A stretch of 60,142 bases of DNA from Candidatus Moraniibacteriota bacterium (GCA_963778555.1 CAVZUR010000001.1:1-60142); one strand, 5' to 3'. Positions 47,071-56,782 are shown, counted from the stretch's first letter. The notes: generated from the letters alone by a model not told the origin. A program made the numbers and translations.

Positions 47071-48000
47071 ATGCAAGAATCGAATACCCTCACCGTGACG
47101 ATCGGTATCCCCGCCCACAACGAAGAAGCCAGCATCGGACGGCTGCTACAGGCGTTGTTAGACCAGAGAATGGGCGGCCGATACTCACTCGAGAAGATTA
47201 TCGTGACGACCGACGGCTGCACCGACAAGACGGAGCCAATCGTTCGGGAATACGCAGCGCAAGACGGCCGGGTAACTCTCCACTCCGATGGTCAGCGGAT
47301 TGGGAAGGCCCAGCGCCTGAACCGGCTCTACGAGATGAATGAGAGCGACATTTTGATCACGCTCGATGCCGACATGACATTCAAAGACGACGCCCTATTG
47401 GAAGCACTCATTGCGCCGCTTGATAATCCAGCGATCGCAGCGGTTGCCGGAAACGACCGGCCGCTTCCGGGCCGCACGTTCATGGAGAAAGTCATCAATA
47501 CCCGGGAAGCCTGGTGGTATGAAGCGCGCAAAAACTTCAACGGGGGAGATAGTATCTATAATAGCGCCGGGCGCTGCTATGCCCTGAGAAAGGATTTCAT
47601 CAAAAATTTCCGTTATCTCCCTGGGACGCTTCATGACTGGCAGATCATCTATCTCGAAATTCTCAAGCAGAGGAAGAAACTTGCGTTCGCTGAGGCAGCG
47701 CACTTCTTTTTCCGCGAGGCGGCCAGTTGGCAGGAAGTCGCGATTCGGGCGCGCCGTTATGAATACCAGGACGATATCTCCGGTTATAACTTTCCGTTTA
47801 CTGTGCGGGATGTGCCGCGTATGCCGTTTTTGAGAAAGGCGAGGAGCGCCATCCATTCCTTCTCCCGGCTGCCCTTTTATACTTTCTGCTCAATTCTCTT
47901 GGTTATCGCGCTTAAGATCATACTCCTCTGGAAGAAAGAGAACATGACCCATCTCTCTGGATTATGGCAGGTAACGGAATCCAGCAAGCAGCTGCTCTAG
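47071..48000 (+). CDS. GT2 glycosyltransferase
   Basis: VTIGIPAHNEE...TDGCTDKT...ITLDADM. Confidence 0.85.
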   Translation: MQESNTLTVTIGIPAHNEEASIGRLLQALLDQRMGGRYSLEKIIVTTDGCTDKTEPIVREYAAQDGRVTLHSDGQRIGKAQRLNRLYEMNESDILITLDADMTFKDDALLEALIAPLDNPAIAAVAGNDRPLPGRTFMEKVINTREAWWYEARKNFNGGDSIYNSAGRCYALRKDFIKNFRYLPGTLHDWQIIYLEILKQRKKLAFAEAAHFFFREAASWQEVAIRARRYEYQDDISGYNFPFTVRDVPRMPFLRKARSAIHSFSRLPFYTFCSILLVIALKIILLWKKENMTHLSGLWQVTESSKQLL

Positions 48001-48040
48001 GTTCAGCATTTGTGGCACTTTGTTCTAACAATCAGTACTT

Positions 48041-49720
48041 ATGACACCGAAAGACGAAACCATTCCTCTGCATCTGACCGCCACACCAGAAGAATTCTCC
48101 TCATGTACGGTGGCTACTCGCCTCAGTGAAGAAGAGAGGAAAGACTGGCGGCGACTCTGGGAACGAAGCGCTGGCGCGCATCTTTTCAATTCGCTCGAAT
48201 TCTTTGAAGCCTATTGCCAGGTTATGCCGACCGAGAAGAGCGTAGTCGTCCTCTGCTACCAAGCGCAAGAACTCCAAGCCGTACTGCCGCTGGTCTCGGA
48301 CCGGGTGTTTGGCATCTGCGCTTGGGTGACGCCGGGGCGAGCGGGTAATTATACCGACAAACTTCCGCTTTTGGTGAAGGACGGGAATCGGTTCGCCCGG
48401 GAGAGTCTCATCGCGGCCGCTCAAGAACTCGGGCATGTCTATTTAGCAGAAGCGGAACTGCAGTCCCTCCCATGGCTCATTTCTGGTAGGCGCTTCCATA
48501 TTGCCGAGTGGGTCTCACGCTCGCCTTTCACCACCCTTTCTCTCGAGGCGGATGTTCTCCGGCTCATGTCAGCCGGACAGAAGCGTAACCTCCGTCAGCG
48601 CATTCGTGCTCGCGAGGCGGACCTGAAGTTCGAGCTCTTTGAGACGGATCTCGAAAAAGCATTGGAGAAAGTGATTCAGGTCGAGCGAGGCAGCTACAAG
48701 GAACATCTGCAAATGTCACTTTTCAGCAATCCAAAGACGGTCGAATTGATCCAGGGGTTGATGCAGATGAATCCAGAACGTTTCCGAATCGGCATCCTCT
48801 CATACCAGGGTCGTCCAGCTGCAACTATTCTCGGCCTGGTTCATGGGCAGACATTTTTTTGGTACCATGCCTCTTTTGTCGAAGCATGTCGTCAATGGGG
48901 AGCGGGCAAAATGGCGCTCTATTTCACGCTCGAAGAACTCCGGAAGGCCGGTTTTACGAAGGCCGATCTCCTCAGAGGGGACTCTGATCTGAAGCGGCAA
49001 TTCGCTGAGGGGATGACCGAACAGTACGATGTGTATCTCCCGAAAAACAGGCTTGTTTTTCTCTGGTGGCAGCTGTGTCTACCGCTTCGCAGGACGCTGA
49101 AATCATTCAAGGCTTTCGTGATGAAGAAAGTGCGGAAGACGGTCACACAGTGGGCTGAAGCCATTGCTACCGTCCGGGAACATGCTTCTTGTTTTTTGGC
49201 GGGGCCAAAGAACTACCTGTATATCTTCACCTACTCGACCCGCCAAAAAGTTCACATCGAACCTTATAATCCGCGCATCGCGGAAGTTTCTCAGGCGCTC
49301 CGAGAGCGAATCGAGGGTTTGGGACTGGGTCTGAAAATACATCTCATTGGGTCGGCGCATCTCGGCATATCCGGACAGCGAGATATTGATATCTTTATTG
49401 AAAGTCCAGAACGGGATTTTGAAAAATATGTACCGGCTCTCATTGATCTTTTTGGCTCATTCAAGAGAAAGAGCCGTGATTTCATCGAGTGGTTGTTCGT
49501 TACGGAAGGATATGAAGTGGAACTGGTGCTTATCGATCCAAAAAGTATCAAATTTCAGGATCAGTTAGCCACCTTTCATCTCCTCGGTTCGAGCCAGGAC
49601 ATCTTACGCGCTTATGAGCAACTCAAACTTTCCGCTCACAAGGAAAGTGTGTCGATGAGGGAGTATCAAAAGCGCAAGCTTCTTTTTTTCCATCGTATTT
49701 CAAAGACAGTTGTCCGCTAA
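48041..49720 (+). CDS. FemAB/CelD-like GNAT acyltransferase domain fused to a GrpB-like nucleotidyltransferase-fold domain
   Basis: N-terminal ~370 aa are Acetyltransf_6-like (FNSLEFFEAY...GAGKMALYFTLEELRKAGF). The C-terminus IHLIGSAHLGISGQRDIDIFI resembles GrpB. Confidence 0.6.
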   Translation: MTPKDETIPLHLTATPEEFSSCTVATRLSEEERKDWRRLWERSAGAHLFNSLEFFEAYCQVMPTEKSVVVLCYQAQELQAVLPLVSDRVFGICAWVTPGRAGNYTDKLPLLVKDGNRFARESLIAAAQELGHVYLAEAELQSLPWLISGRRFHIAEWVSRSPFTTLSLEADVLRLMSAGQKRNLRQRIRAREADLKFELFETDLEKALEKVIQVERGSYKEHLQMSLFSNPKTVELIQGLMQMNPERFRIGILSYQGRPAATILGLVHGQTFFWYHASFVEACRQWGAGKMALYFTLEELRKAGFTKADLLRGDSDLKRQFAEGMTEQYDVYLPKNRLVFLWWQLCLPLRRTLKSFKAFVMKKVRKTVTQWAEAIATVREHASCFLAGPKNYLYIFTYSTRQKVHIEPYNPRIAEVSQALRERIEGLGLGLKIHLIGSAHLGISGQRDIDIFIESPERDFEKYVPALIDLFGSFKRKSRDFIEWLFVTEGYEVELVLIDPKSIKFQDQLATFHLLGSSQDILRAYEQLKLSAHKESVSMREYQKRKLLFFHRISKTVVR

Positions 49721-49722
49721 TC

Positions 49723-50835
49723 ATGTCTATGGATAAGATGCGCATCATATTTTCGAGTTACGATGATATCAAGAACCCTTACTATGCCGGTGGGGGGGCG
49801 TGGGCAATCCACGAGGTCGCTTTAAGGCTGACTAAGAAATTCCAGGTGACGGTGCTGACGGGGAATTATCCTTCTGCCGTACAGGAAGAGACAATTGACG
49901 GAGTGAAGTACGAGAGGTTAGGTCCAGTGTTCTGTGGACCTCACATTGGGCAGCTTATTTTTCATTTCCTCATCCTCGTTCAGGTTATATGTCGATCGTT
50001 TGATGTTTGGTTTGAGAGTTTCACTCCACCTTTCTCAACATCACTTCTCCCGCTTTTCACTAGAAAGCCAGTTATCGGTGTGGCGCACATGCTCAGTGGT
50101 CAGGATATGCGGCGCAAGTACTTCTTTCCGTTCGACTGGATTGAGCGGGTCGGTCTACGGGCATACAGTCACTGTATCGCCACCACAGAACACTTTCGAA
50201 GAAAGATTATCGCCATTAATCGCCACGCGAATGTTACCGTGGTCCCGAACGGCGTCGCGGTCGATGCGCTGTATGCCACGAAGAAAACACCAGAGTATAT
50301 CCTGTATTTCGGTAGAATTGAAATGGATCAAAAAGGCCTAGATCTGTTACTCCAGGCCTACACTATCATCCAGGACACGTTGCCGCTTCCTTTAGTCATT
50401 GCCGGGCACGGTACGAAAAGCGAACGGGAGAAGCTGAAGGCGCTTATCACCGTGCTGAAGATTGATGACAAGGTGCGACTGCTAGGTCGGGTTTCTGGGG
50501 ACAAGGCTAAAAAACAGCTCTTCGAGAACTCATTTGTCTGCGTACTTCCTTCACGTTTCGAGACGTTCTCAATGGTGGCGCTCGAGGCGTTTGCCTCTGG
50601 AACGCCGTTAGTCGCGTTTGACATTGAGGGCTTGGTCTGGATCCCAGCCACAGCAATGGTAAAGGTGCCTCCATTTGATGCCACGAGCTTGGCACGGGGA
50701 GTGACGGACTTATGGCAGAACAAGGCGAAGTGGAAAGGATTAGCGGACGGAGGCCCTGTTTTTGCCAAGCGATATGACTGGGACACAATCGCTAATCGAT
50801 ATACTTCCCTCATCACTCGAATACAGAAAGTATGA
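49723..50835 (+). CDS. GT4 glycosyltransferase
   Basis: GGGAWAIHEVA...LPSRFETFSMVALEAFASGTPLVAFD. Confidence 0.85.
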   Translation: MSMDKMRIIFSSYDDIKNPYYAGGGAWAIHEVALRLTKKFQVTVLTGNYPSAVQEETIDGVKYERLGPVFCGPHIGQLIFHFLILVQVICRSFDVWFESFTPPFSTSLLPLFTRKPVIGVAHMLSGQDMRRKYFFPFDWIERVGLRAYSHCIATTEHFRRKIIAINRHANVTVVPNGVAVDALYATKKTPEYILYFGRIEMDQKGLDLLLQAYTIIQDTLPLPLVIAGHGTKSEREKLKALITVLKIDDKVRLLGRVSGDKAKKQLFENSFVCVLPSRFETFSMVALEAFASGTPLVAFDIEGLVWIPATAMVKVPPFDATSLARGVTDLWQNKAKWKGLADGGPVFAKRYDWDTIANRYTSLITRIQKV

Positions 50836-51617
50836 AAGCTATTCTTGACACTATTATCCGCGAACGAATTCCGTGCTATTTTGTTTCGCCGCATCTCGAT
50901 GATGCAATCTTGTCATGCGGAGAAATAATTTCGTATTTAGCGGGGAAAACACCCTTGACGGTAGCGACCATTTTCACCGAGGCTGATGAACCGCCCCATA
51001 CTCTTTCGGCACGGGCCTTCCTGAAGCAGTGTGGTGTCCTTGATGCGCGGGAGCTGTTCTCTAGAAGGAGATCGGAGGACATACAAGTGCTCGGGAGAGT
51101 GAACGCCACTTGGAGGCATTTTGGTGCCGTCGACGCACTTTGGAGGAAAAGAAAAAAAAGTAAATTCTTACGCTGGCTGAGCGTTCTACTGCCTGAATTC
51201 CACCACCTCTATCCGACTTATCGTTTCCACGTCACTTCTGGACAAGTAGCTGTTGAGGATGAAGATTTGAAGAAAGCCATACTTAGCCAGATTACCGAAA
51301 TGGTTGGCGCGGATGAGAAATATGTAATCTTTTTTCCCTTGGGGCTAGGCAAGCATGTGGACCATGTCTTCACTCACGCCATTGGCTTGCATTTTTCCCA
51401 GAATGTGGTATTCTACTCCGATTTCCCCTACTGTCTTACGGACCAGCCGGCTGAGGGGGATCTGGAACAGCAAGGCTTTATACAAGCTGTTTTCAATGAA
51501 ACACGCGGGAAGAAGGACTCACTTATCCGGGGGTATGAGACACAGCCCTTGTTTCCCGGTGAAATCCCATCAGTGCCCGAGGTCTACTATGTTTCGAAAC
51601 CTCTCAACCAAATATAA
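50832..51617 (+). CDS. PIG-L/LmbE-family deacetylase
   Basis: VSPHLDDAILSCG motif. Start overlaps the upstream stop. Confidence 0.8.
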   Translation: MKAILDTIIRERIPCYFVSPHLDDAILSCGEIISYLAGKTPLTVATIFTEADEPPHTLSARAFLKQCGVLDARELFSRRRSEDIQVLGRVNATWRHFGAVDALWRKRKKSKFLRWLSVLLPEFHHLYPTYRFHVTSGQVAVEDEDLKKAILSQITEMVGADEKYVIFFPLGLGKHVDHVFTHAIGLHFSQNVVFYSDFPYCLTDQPAEGDLEQQGFIQAVFNETRGKKDSLIRGYETQPLFPGEIPSVPEVYYVSKPLNQI

Positions 51618-51621
51618 TCGT

Positions 51622-53316
51622 ATGCCAGATATGGAAAAGAAGAATCTGAAAAATTTTCTCCGGAATGTGTACAGCCAATTTCAGAAACTTGGTGTGACGA
51701 TAAAGGTCCGGGGAGTAGTGTTTCTCCTGATACTGAGTCTAGTCGCTCTAATCTCACTCCTTACTATACGGGGTTTGTCAGGTAATCCATCTCTTGAAGA
51801 GCTCAAGACTGTTGACTGGCAATTCAATGGCCCGCTCGAGCTGTCTCCGGAGCGCGGCCGTTTCGCGCTGGTCTACTCTATTGCCGAAGAACATTCGCTT
51901 ATCTTCAGCCTACCGGTCGCCAAGTTGGCGATTCCCGATCTAGCCATGAATGCAGCCGGGGAGTATGTCTCTCTCTTCGCTCCTGCCGTCTCTTTCCTAG
52001 CCGTTCCAGGCTATCTCTTAGGAAAACTGTATGGTGCGGCTCAGATCGGAGCGTTTGCCGTGATCTCAATTTTCGCTCTTCTGAACTTCGTTCTTATCAG
52101 ATCAATCGCCTTTCGACTTGGTGCTGAGCCATGGGCAGCGCTGCTCGGGGCGCTCACATTCAGTCTCGCGACCCCGGCCCTTCCGTATGCGGGGACACTG
52201 TATCAGCATCATGTGACAGTGTTCCTGCTCCTGTTCGCAGTCTGGATACTGGTGTCATTCCGCAATATCTGGAGCCTCGCTTTCGTGTGGTTTGCCTGCG
52301 TGCTCTCAGTCGTCGTCGATAATCCCAACCTCTTTCTGATGTTTCCAGTTGGCCTCTTGGCCCTCATGCGGCTCCGCGAACTCATCGCTGCTGGAAAAGG
52401 CGTTTCGAAACGAGTGACGAGAGGCATTTTCGGACTGCTAACATTCGTGACCGTTATCATCCCGCTTGGATTCTTCGTCTGGTATAACCAGGCAGCCTAT
52501 CATAACCCCTTTCAGTTGCCCGGTACGCTCCGGAGCGTCACCGAAATCGGGCCGGACGGGAAACCGGCGAAAGAGAACAGCTATGAGAAACAAGTCTTGA
52601 CCGAGGAGCAACTCCGTTCATTACGAGAAGGCAAGACTCAGGAGAAGACTGCCGTCGGGTTCTTTGAAACGCGAAATCTCTACAATGGTTTCTACATCCA
52701 TTTTATCTCTCCCGACCGTAGCCTTTTCTGGTTCACTCCGGTCATCCTGCTCGGCCTCATCGGTCTCGCGCTGTTATACCGCCGCGAACGGCAGATAACA
52801 GCGCTTATCGTCGCCTGTATCGGAGCAAACATTCTCTTGTACTCGATGTGGGGTGATCCTTGGGGCGGCTGGGCGTTCGGTTCGCGATATCTCATCCCGA
52901 CCTATGCGCTCCTCACCATCGGTATCGCCTTCACACTCTCGCGTTGGCGCTACAGCCTCGTGACACTTTTCTTGTTCATTCCACTTTTCATTTTTTCGCT
53001 TTGGGTCAATACGTTGGGTGCCGTCACTTCATTGGCTAATCCACCGGAAGTCCAGGTGTTGTCTCTTGAGAAACAGTCTGGCCATGAGCAGAAGTACACA
53101 TTCATGCGCAATTGGGAATTTCTGAACGGGAAATATGAGCCAACGATCGGATCGAAGGCCTTCGTCTATCAGATCTGGGGAAAAAAGATCATGACAGCCC
53201 GAGCCTATCACGGCGCGGTCTTCGGGCTGGGACTAGCGGCACTTTTCCTAGTGCTTTTGACAGAGTTCTTTCCTTGGCGGAAAGTCGATAAGCTGATAAA
53301 ACCCCGTCGCGTATGA
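51622..53316 (+). CDS. Large polytopic membrane protein, GT-C-fold glycosyltransferase-like
   Basis: At least 10 TM helices with a loop-rich N-terminal third. Start chosen at MPDMEKK, after the upstream stop. Confidence 0.6.
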   Translation: MPDMEKKNLKNFLRNVYSQFQKLGVTIKVRGVVFLLILSLVALISLLTIRGLSGNPSLEELKTVDWQFNGPLELSPERGRFALVYSIAEEHSLIFSLPVAKLAIPDLAMNAAGEYVSLFAPAVSFLAVPGYLLGKLYGAAQIGAFAVISIFALLNFVLIRSIAFRLGAEPWAALLGALTFSLATPALPYAGTLYQHHVTVFLLLFAVWILVSFRNIWSLAFVWFACVLSVVVDNPNLFLMFPVGLLALMRLRELIAAGKGVSKRVTRGIFGLLTFVTVIIPLGFFVWYNQAAYHNPFQLPGTLRSVTEIGPDGKPAKENSYEKQVLTEEQLRSLREGKTQEKTAVGFFETRNLYNGFYIHFISPDRSLFWFTPVILLGLIGLALLYRRERQITALIVACIGANILLYSMWGDPWGGWAFGSRYLIPTYALLTIGIAFTLSRWRYSLVTLFLFIPLFIFSLWVNTLGAVTSLANPPEVQVLSLEKQSGHEQKYTFMRNWEFLNGKYEPTIGSKAFVYQIWGKKIMTARAYHGAVFGLGLAALFLVLLTEFFPWRKVDKLIKPRRV

Positions 53317-54941
53317 CTACGATAAATCTCTCAACCTTTCGTCAGCGACTTGCAGCTTTTCGGCCAGCCTCTTTCGAGGCGGTCGCACTACCATTAGTGG
53401 TGCTCATTCTTTCTGGTATTTCCATCGCCGCCTTCATTCATTTCTATCAGAATGGTCTCGGTATCGCCTATAATGACGCCCGTTCACATCTCGACATCGG
53501 GCGGCGCGTCGTAGAAGGCCTGAACGTCGGTGCGGCTCAGCTCGGGAGCGTCTGGCTGCCGCTCACCCATCTCCTCATGGGTGTGACCATCTGGAACGAC
53601 TTTATGTGGCATTCAGGACTGGCCGGAGCCCTCTGGTCGATGCTCGCCTTTGTCATGACGGGGGTGTGGATCTATCTTTTCCTCCGTGAGCTCGGGGTTG
53701 GACTCCTCGGCCGGTTCTCAGGCGTGGCGCTCTTCGTCGCGAACATGAACATCCTCTATCTGCAATCGACCGCGATGACGGAACTCGTCCTCATCGGGAC
53801 CATGACCGGGGGAGCGTACTATCTCCTCCGCTGGTTCCAGACGGAGAACACGCTCTACATGGTCTACTCGGCCTTTTTCATCATGCTCTCGTCTCTCGTC
53901 CGCTATGACGGCTGGTTCATGTTCTTCTTTGCCACAGTGCTCATGACGATCTTCGTTTTCCGGAAATATGGCTACTGGCATGCTGAGGGGGTTTTTATCT
54001 TCTTTTGTACGCTCGGCGGCTTCGGCGTCTTCCTCTGGCTCCTCTGGAACGCCCTTATTTTCCATGACCCGCTGTACTTCGCCTTCGGCCCGTATTCGGC
54101 GCATGCCCAGCAAGACCAGCTGAACAATGCCGGCGTCCTCCCATCGAAGGGCAATTGGCTGTATTCGCTTAAGGTGTATATGTACGCCTATGCGTACAAT
54201 GTTGGCGCCTTCACTATGTTCCTTGGCTTCGTCGGTGCGGCTATGCTCTGGTTCACCAAAAAGCTCGATGGTGCGACACGTCTCGCCTCAGTCGTGCTCA
54301 TCGCGCCTTTGCTCTTCAATATCCTCGCGCTCTATCTTGGCCACTCGGTGCTCTACATCCAAGGTGTCTCCGGGGACACGTGGTTCAATGTTCGCTATGG
54401 CGTGATGATGATGCCGTCGGTCGCCATCTTTGTCGGTTACCTCATCCATCGGGCGGTGGGACTGCGTCCCGTCATCATCGGACTCCTCGTCTTTGTCACC
54501 TTCTTTCAGTTCACGAGCGCGGACGCGGTGACGATCGACGACGCGCGGGTCGGTTCCAGCCAAAAGAACGTCTCTGAAATCTCGAGCTGGCTCAACCAGC
54601 ATGCGGGCCCGGAGAAAGGATTCATCCTCATCTCGGCCGCGTCCCATGACTCCGTCATCTTTTCTTCCGGACTGCCCATGAAGCGCTTCATCCACGAAGG
54701 ATCGGGGACGTATTATGACGTCGCCATCAAGTATCCGGATCAATGGGCGCGCTGGATCGTCGTTCGGAGCTACTCAGATGATGATTCGACCTGGCGGCTC
54801 CTGAAAGACAACTCGGGCTTCTTGGAGCGCTATGATAAAGTGGACGCATATCCGTTCGCCGATATCTATGAGCTCAAGCCTGAATACCTCGACGTGCTCC
54901 ACACCGAAGCCACTCTCAACCCCAAAGTGAAGAAAGAGTGA
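53313..54941 (+). CDS. Second large polytopic membrane protein, GT-C-fold glycosyltransferase-like
   Basis: YNDARSHLDIGRRV early loop, at least 10 TM helices, and a soluble C-terminal domain. Start overlaps the upstream stop. Confidence 0.6.
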   Translation: MTTINLSTFRQRLAAFRPASFEAVALPLVVLILSGISIAAFIHFYQNGLGIAYNDARSHLDIGRRVVEGLNVGAAQLGSVWLPLTHLLMGVTIWNDFMWHSGLAGALWSMLAFVMTGVWIYLFLRELGVGLLGRFSGVALFVANMNILYLQSTAMTELVLIGTMTGGAYYLLRWFQTENTLYMVYSAFFIMLSSLVRYDGWFMFFFATVLMTIFVFRKYGYWHAEGVFIFFCTLGGFGVFLWLLWNALIFHDPLYFAFGPYSAHAQQDQLNNAGVLPSKGNWLYSLKVYMYAYAYNVGAFTMFLGFVGAAMLWFTKKLDGATRLASVVLIAPLLFNILALYLGHSVLYIQGVSGDTWFNVRYGVMMMPSVAIFVGYLIHRAVGLRPVIIGLLVFVTFFQFTSADAVTIDDARVGSSQKNVSEISSWLNQHAGPEKGFILISAASHDSVIFSSGLPMKRFIHEGSGTYYDVAIKYPDQWARWIVVRSYSDDDSTWRLLKDNSGFLERYDKVDAYPFADIYELKPEYLDVLHTEATLNPKVKKE

Positions 54942-54948
54942 TAGTCCT

Positions 54949-56214
54949 ATGCTGTTCCGTACCGTTATCTTCTTTCTCCTCCTCATAGCCTTCTGGATAG
55001 GGGGGTGGGTTTTCGTCCGGCTCTCGCTCTCGACTGATCCGGTGTACTATCCGGAGCCCAGGCGGAGTTTTTGGCAGTACCAGGTCATTGATACGATGAA
55101 GTATTCACGGGATCGGGCCGATGAGATGCTGGGGAATCCGAGCTTCGATCGAACTATCGAACAGCACGTTCGCAATATCGCCGAGACGGGTGCGACCCAT
55201 GTGGCCATCGCGACTCCCTACGATGAGCACTTCGTGCCGTTCTTGACACGCTGGGTGAAGGCAGCTCGGGTACATGGTTTGCGCATCTGGTTTCGGGGAA
55301 ATCTTTCGGGCTGGGAGGGCTGGTTCGGCTACCCGAAAGTCGGGGAAGCGGAGCATATCGAAAAAGTCCGGGACTTTATTCTCGGAAATCCAGAGCTTTT
55401 TCGGAATGGGGATCTCTTCACAGCCTGTCCAGAATGCGAGAATGGCGGCCCAGGCGATCCGCGGCAAACGGGGGATATTGCGGGCTTCCGTCGTTTTCTC
55501 ATCGAGAGTCATGAAAGTGCCCAAGCCGCTTTTCGGGCTATCGGTGTTCTCGTCGATACGCGCCTCGTCTCTATGAATGGCGACGTTGCTCGCCTGGCCA
55601 TGGATGACAAGACAACGGCCGCGCTCGGCAATGTCGTTACGGTCGACCATTATGTTAAGACGCCTGAGAAGCTGGAACAGGACGTCCGCTCCTTTGGGAA
55701 AGATGGTTCACGTGAAGTCTTTCTCGGTGAGTTTGGTGCGCCGATTCCCGATATCCACGGTAAGATGACTGGTACGGAGCAGGCACTCTGGCTTGATCAG
55801 GTGTTGCTCCGTTTCTCACGCATTCCCAATCTGATTGGTTTGAATTACTGGCTATCAGTCGGGGGATCGACAGAGTTGTGGTCGGACAAGGGTGGACCCC
55901 AACCAGCGGTGTCAGTTTTGAAAAAATACTATCATCCCAGGCTTCTCCATGGCTTCGTCAACGACGAACTGGGCCGCGGGATCCGCCAAGCCACTATTAC
56001 ACTCGGGCGATATCGGGCGATGACGGATAGCCGTGGGCATTTCGAACTGCGGTATCTTGCGGATGCGGGCGAGATGGTGACGATCGAGGCAGCTGAGTAC
56101 CGTCCGGTCACGCTTCCCATCCCGAAGGGCGAGGAAATCGAATTCACACTGGAACCGAAACAGCGTTCACTCGTCTACCAAATACTACAGTTCTTGAAAG
56201 CGCACTTTGACTGA
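54949..56214 (+). CDS. Membrane-anchored TIM-barrel glycoside-hydrolase-like protein with a C-terminal carboxypeptidase-regulatory-like domain
   Basis: N-terminal TM helix. CPECENGG and FLGEFGAP are acid/nucleophile-like motifs. C-terminal GFVNDELGRGIRQATITLGRYRAMTDSRGHFEL. Confidence 0.55.
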   Translation: MLFRTVIFFLLLIAFWIGGWVFVRLSLSTDPVYYPEPRRSFWQYQVIDTMKYSRDRADEMLGNPSFDRTIEQHVRNIAETGATHVAIATPYDEHFVPFLTRWVKAARVHGLRIWFRGNLSGWEGWFGYPKVGEAEHIEKVRDFILGNPELFRNGDLFTACPECENGGPGDPRQTGDIAGFRRFLIESHESAQAAFRAIGVLVDTRLVSMNGDVARLAMDDKTTAALGNVVTVDHYVKTPEKLEQDVRSFGKDGSREVFLGEFGAPIPDIHGKMTGTEQALWLDQVLLRFSRIPNLIGLNYWLSVGGSTELWSDKGGPQPAVSVLKKYYHPRLLHGFVNDELGRGIRQATITLGRYRAMTDSRGHFELRYLADAGEMVTIEAAEYRPVTLPIPKGEEIEFTLEPKQRSLVYQILQFLKAHFD

Positions 56215-56235
56215 ATCGGGGAGGGTATCCGAAAT

Positions 56236-56273
56236 AAAAAAAACCAAGGTCTTCGAGACACCTTGGTTTTTTT
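56236..56273 (+). terminator. Strong intrinsic terminator ending the glycan operon
   Basis: AAAAAAAACCAAGGT...ACCTTGGTTTTTTT. Confidence 0.9.
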
Positions 56274-56293
56274 AGGTGAGGAGGGGGTCTTGT

Positions 56294-56470
56294 TTACAAA
56301 AGCCCGACCTGACCGAAGAAAGTGAGGGTGAGTACTGGCACGACGGCGAGGAGGAACGCCATAGACGTCTCTTCGCTTTGCGCCTGTTCACTAGCGACAT
56401 GAGCGCAGTTTTCACACGCGACACCGCTGTGCTGAGCCTCCATGACGGGCTCGTTTCCTTTTGTCTCCAT
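56294..56470 (-). CDS. Candidate 58-aa tail-anchored Cys-containing peptide
   Basis: METKGNEPVMEAQHSGVACENCAHV...MAFLLAVVPVLTLTFFGQVGLL. Below the ORF-track cut-off and has a weak RBS. Confidence 0.3.
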   Translation of the reverse strand: METKGNEPVMEAQHSGVACENCAHVASEQAQSEETSMAFLLAVVPVLTLTFFGQVGLL

Positions 56471-56513
56471 AGGAGTTTTTGTTTTTATTGTTTATTATTA
56501 CGACCTATTGAAA

Positions 56514-56543
56514 GAAAAAAACGGGGGACCTGAGTCACCCGTT
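56514..56543 (-). terminator. Minus-strand intrinsic terminator or attenuator hairpin
   Basis: On the - strand: AACGGG tgactcaggtcc CCCGTT followed by a T7 run. Confidence 0.6.
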
Positions 56544-56563
56544 CCTCTCACTTCAACAAACTT

Positions 56564-56592
56564 AGTATACTCCATTTTTTTGAAGAAGTCAA
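56564..56592 (-). promoter_or_regulatory. Near-consensus sigma-70 promoter on the minus strand
   Basis: On the - strand: TTGACT, 17-nt spacer, TATACT. Confidence 0.55.
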
Positions 56593-56750
56593 GCCCGTTT
56601 GGGGTTTGGTGCGATTTGATTTAAGGAGGGCAGCGTCCGTTCTTCTTTCAGCATATGTTCCTTGTTGAATATACAAAAACTCTAGCGAGCCCAAGCCCGC
56701 TGATCTCTTGATTCCAACGCTGTACCGGGGATGGGAGAAAGCGTCTCTAC

Positions 56751-56779
56751 TTGCACGAAAAATAGTCTCGCGGTAGACT
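56751..56779 (+). promoter_or_regulatory. Candidate promoter of the csoR-like operon
   Basis: TTGCAC, 17-nt spacer, TAGACT. Confidence 0.45.
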
Positions 56780-56782
56780 GGT

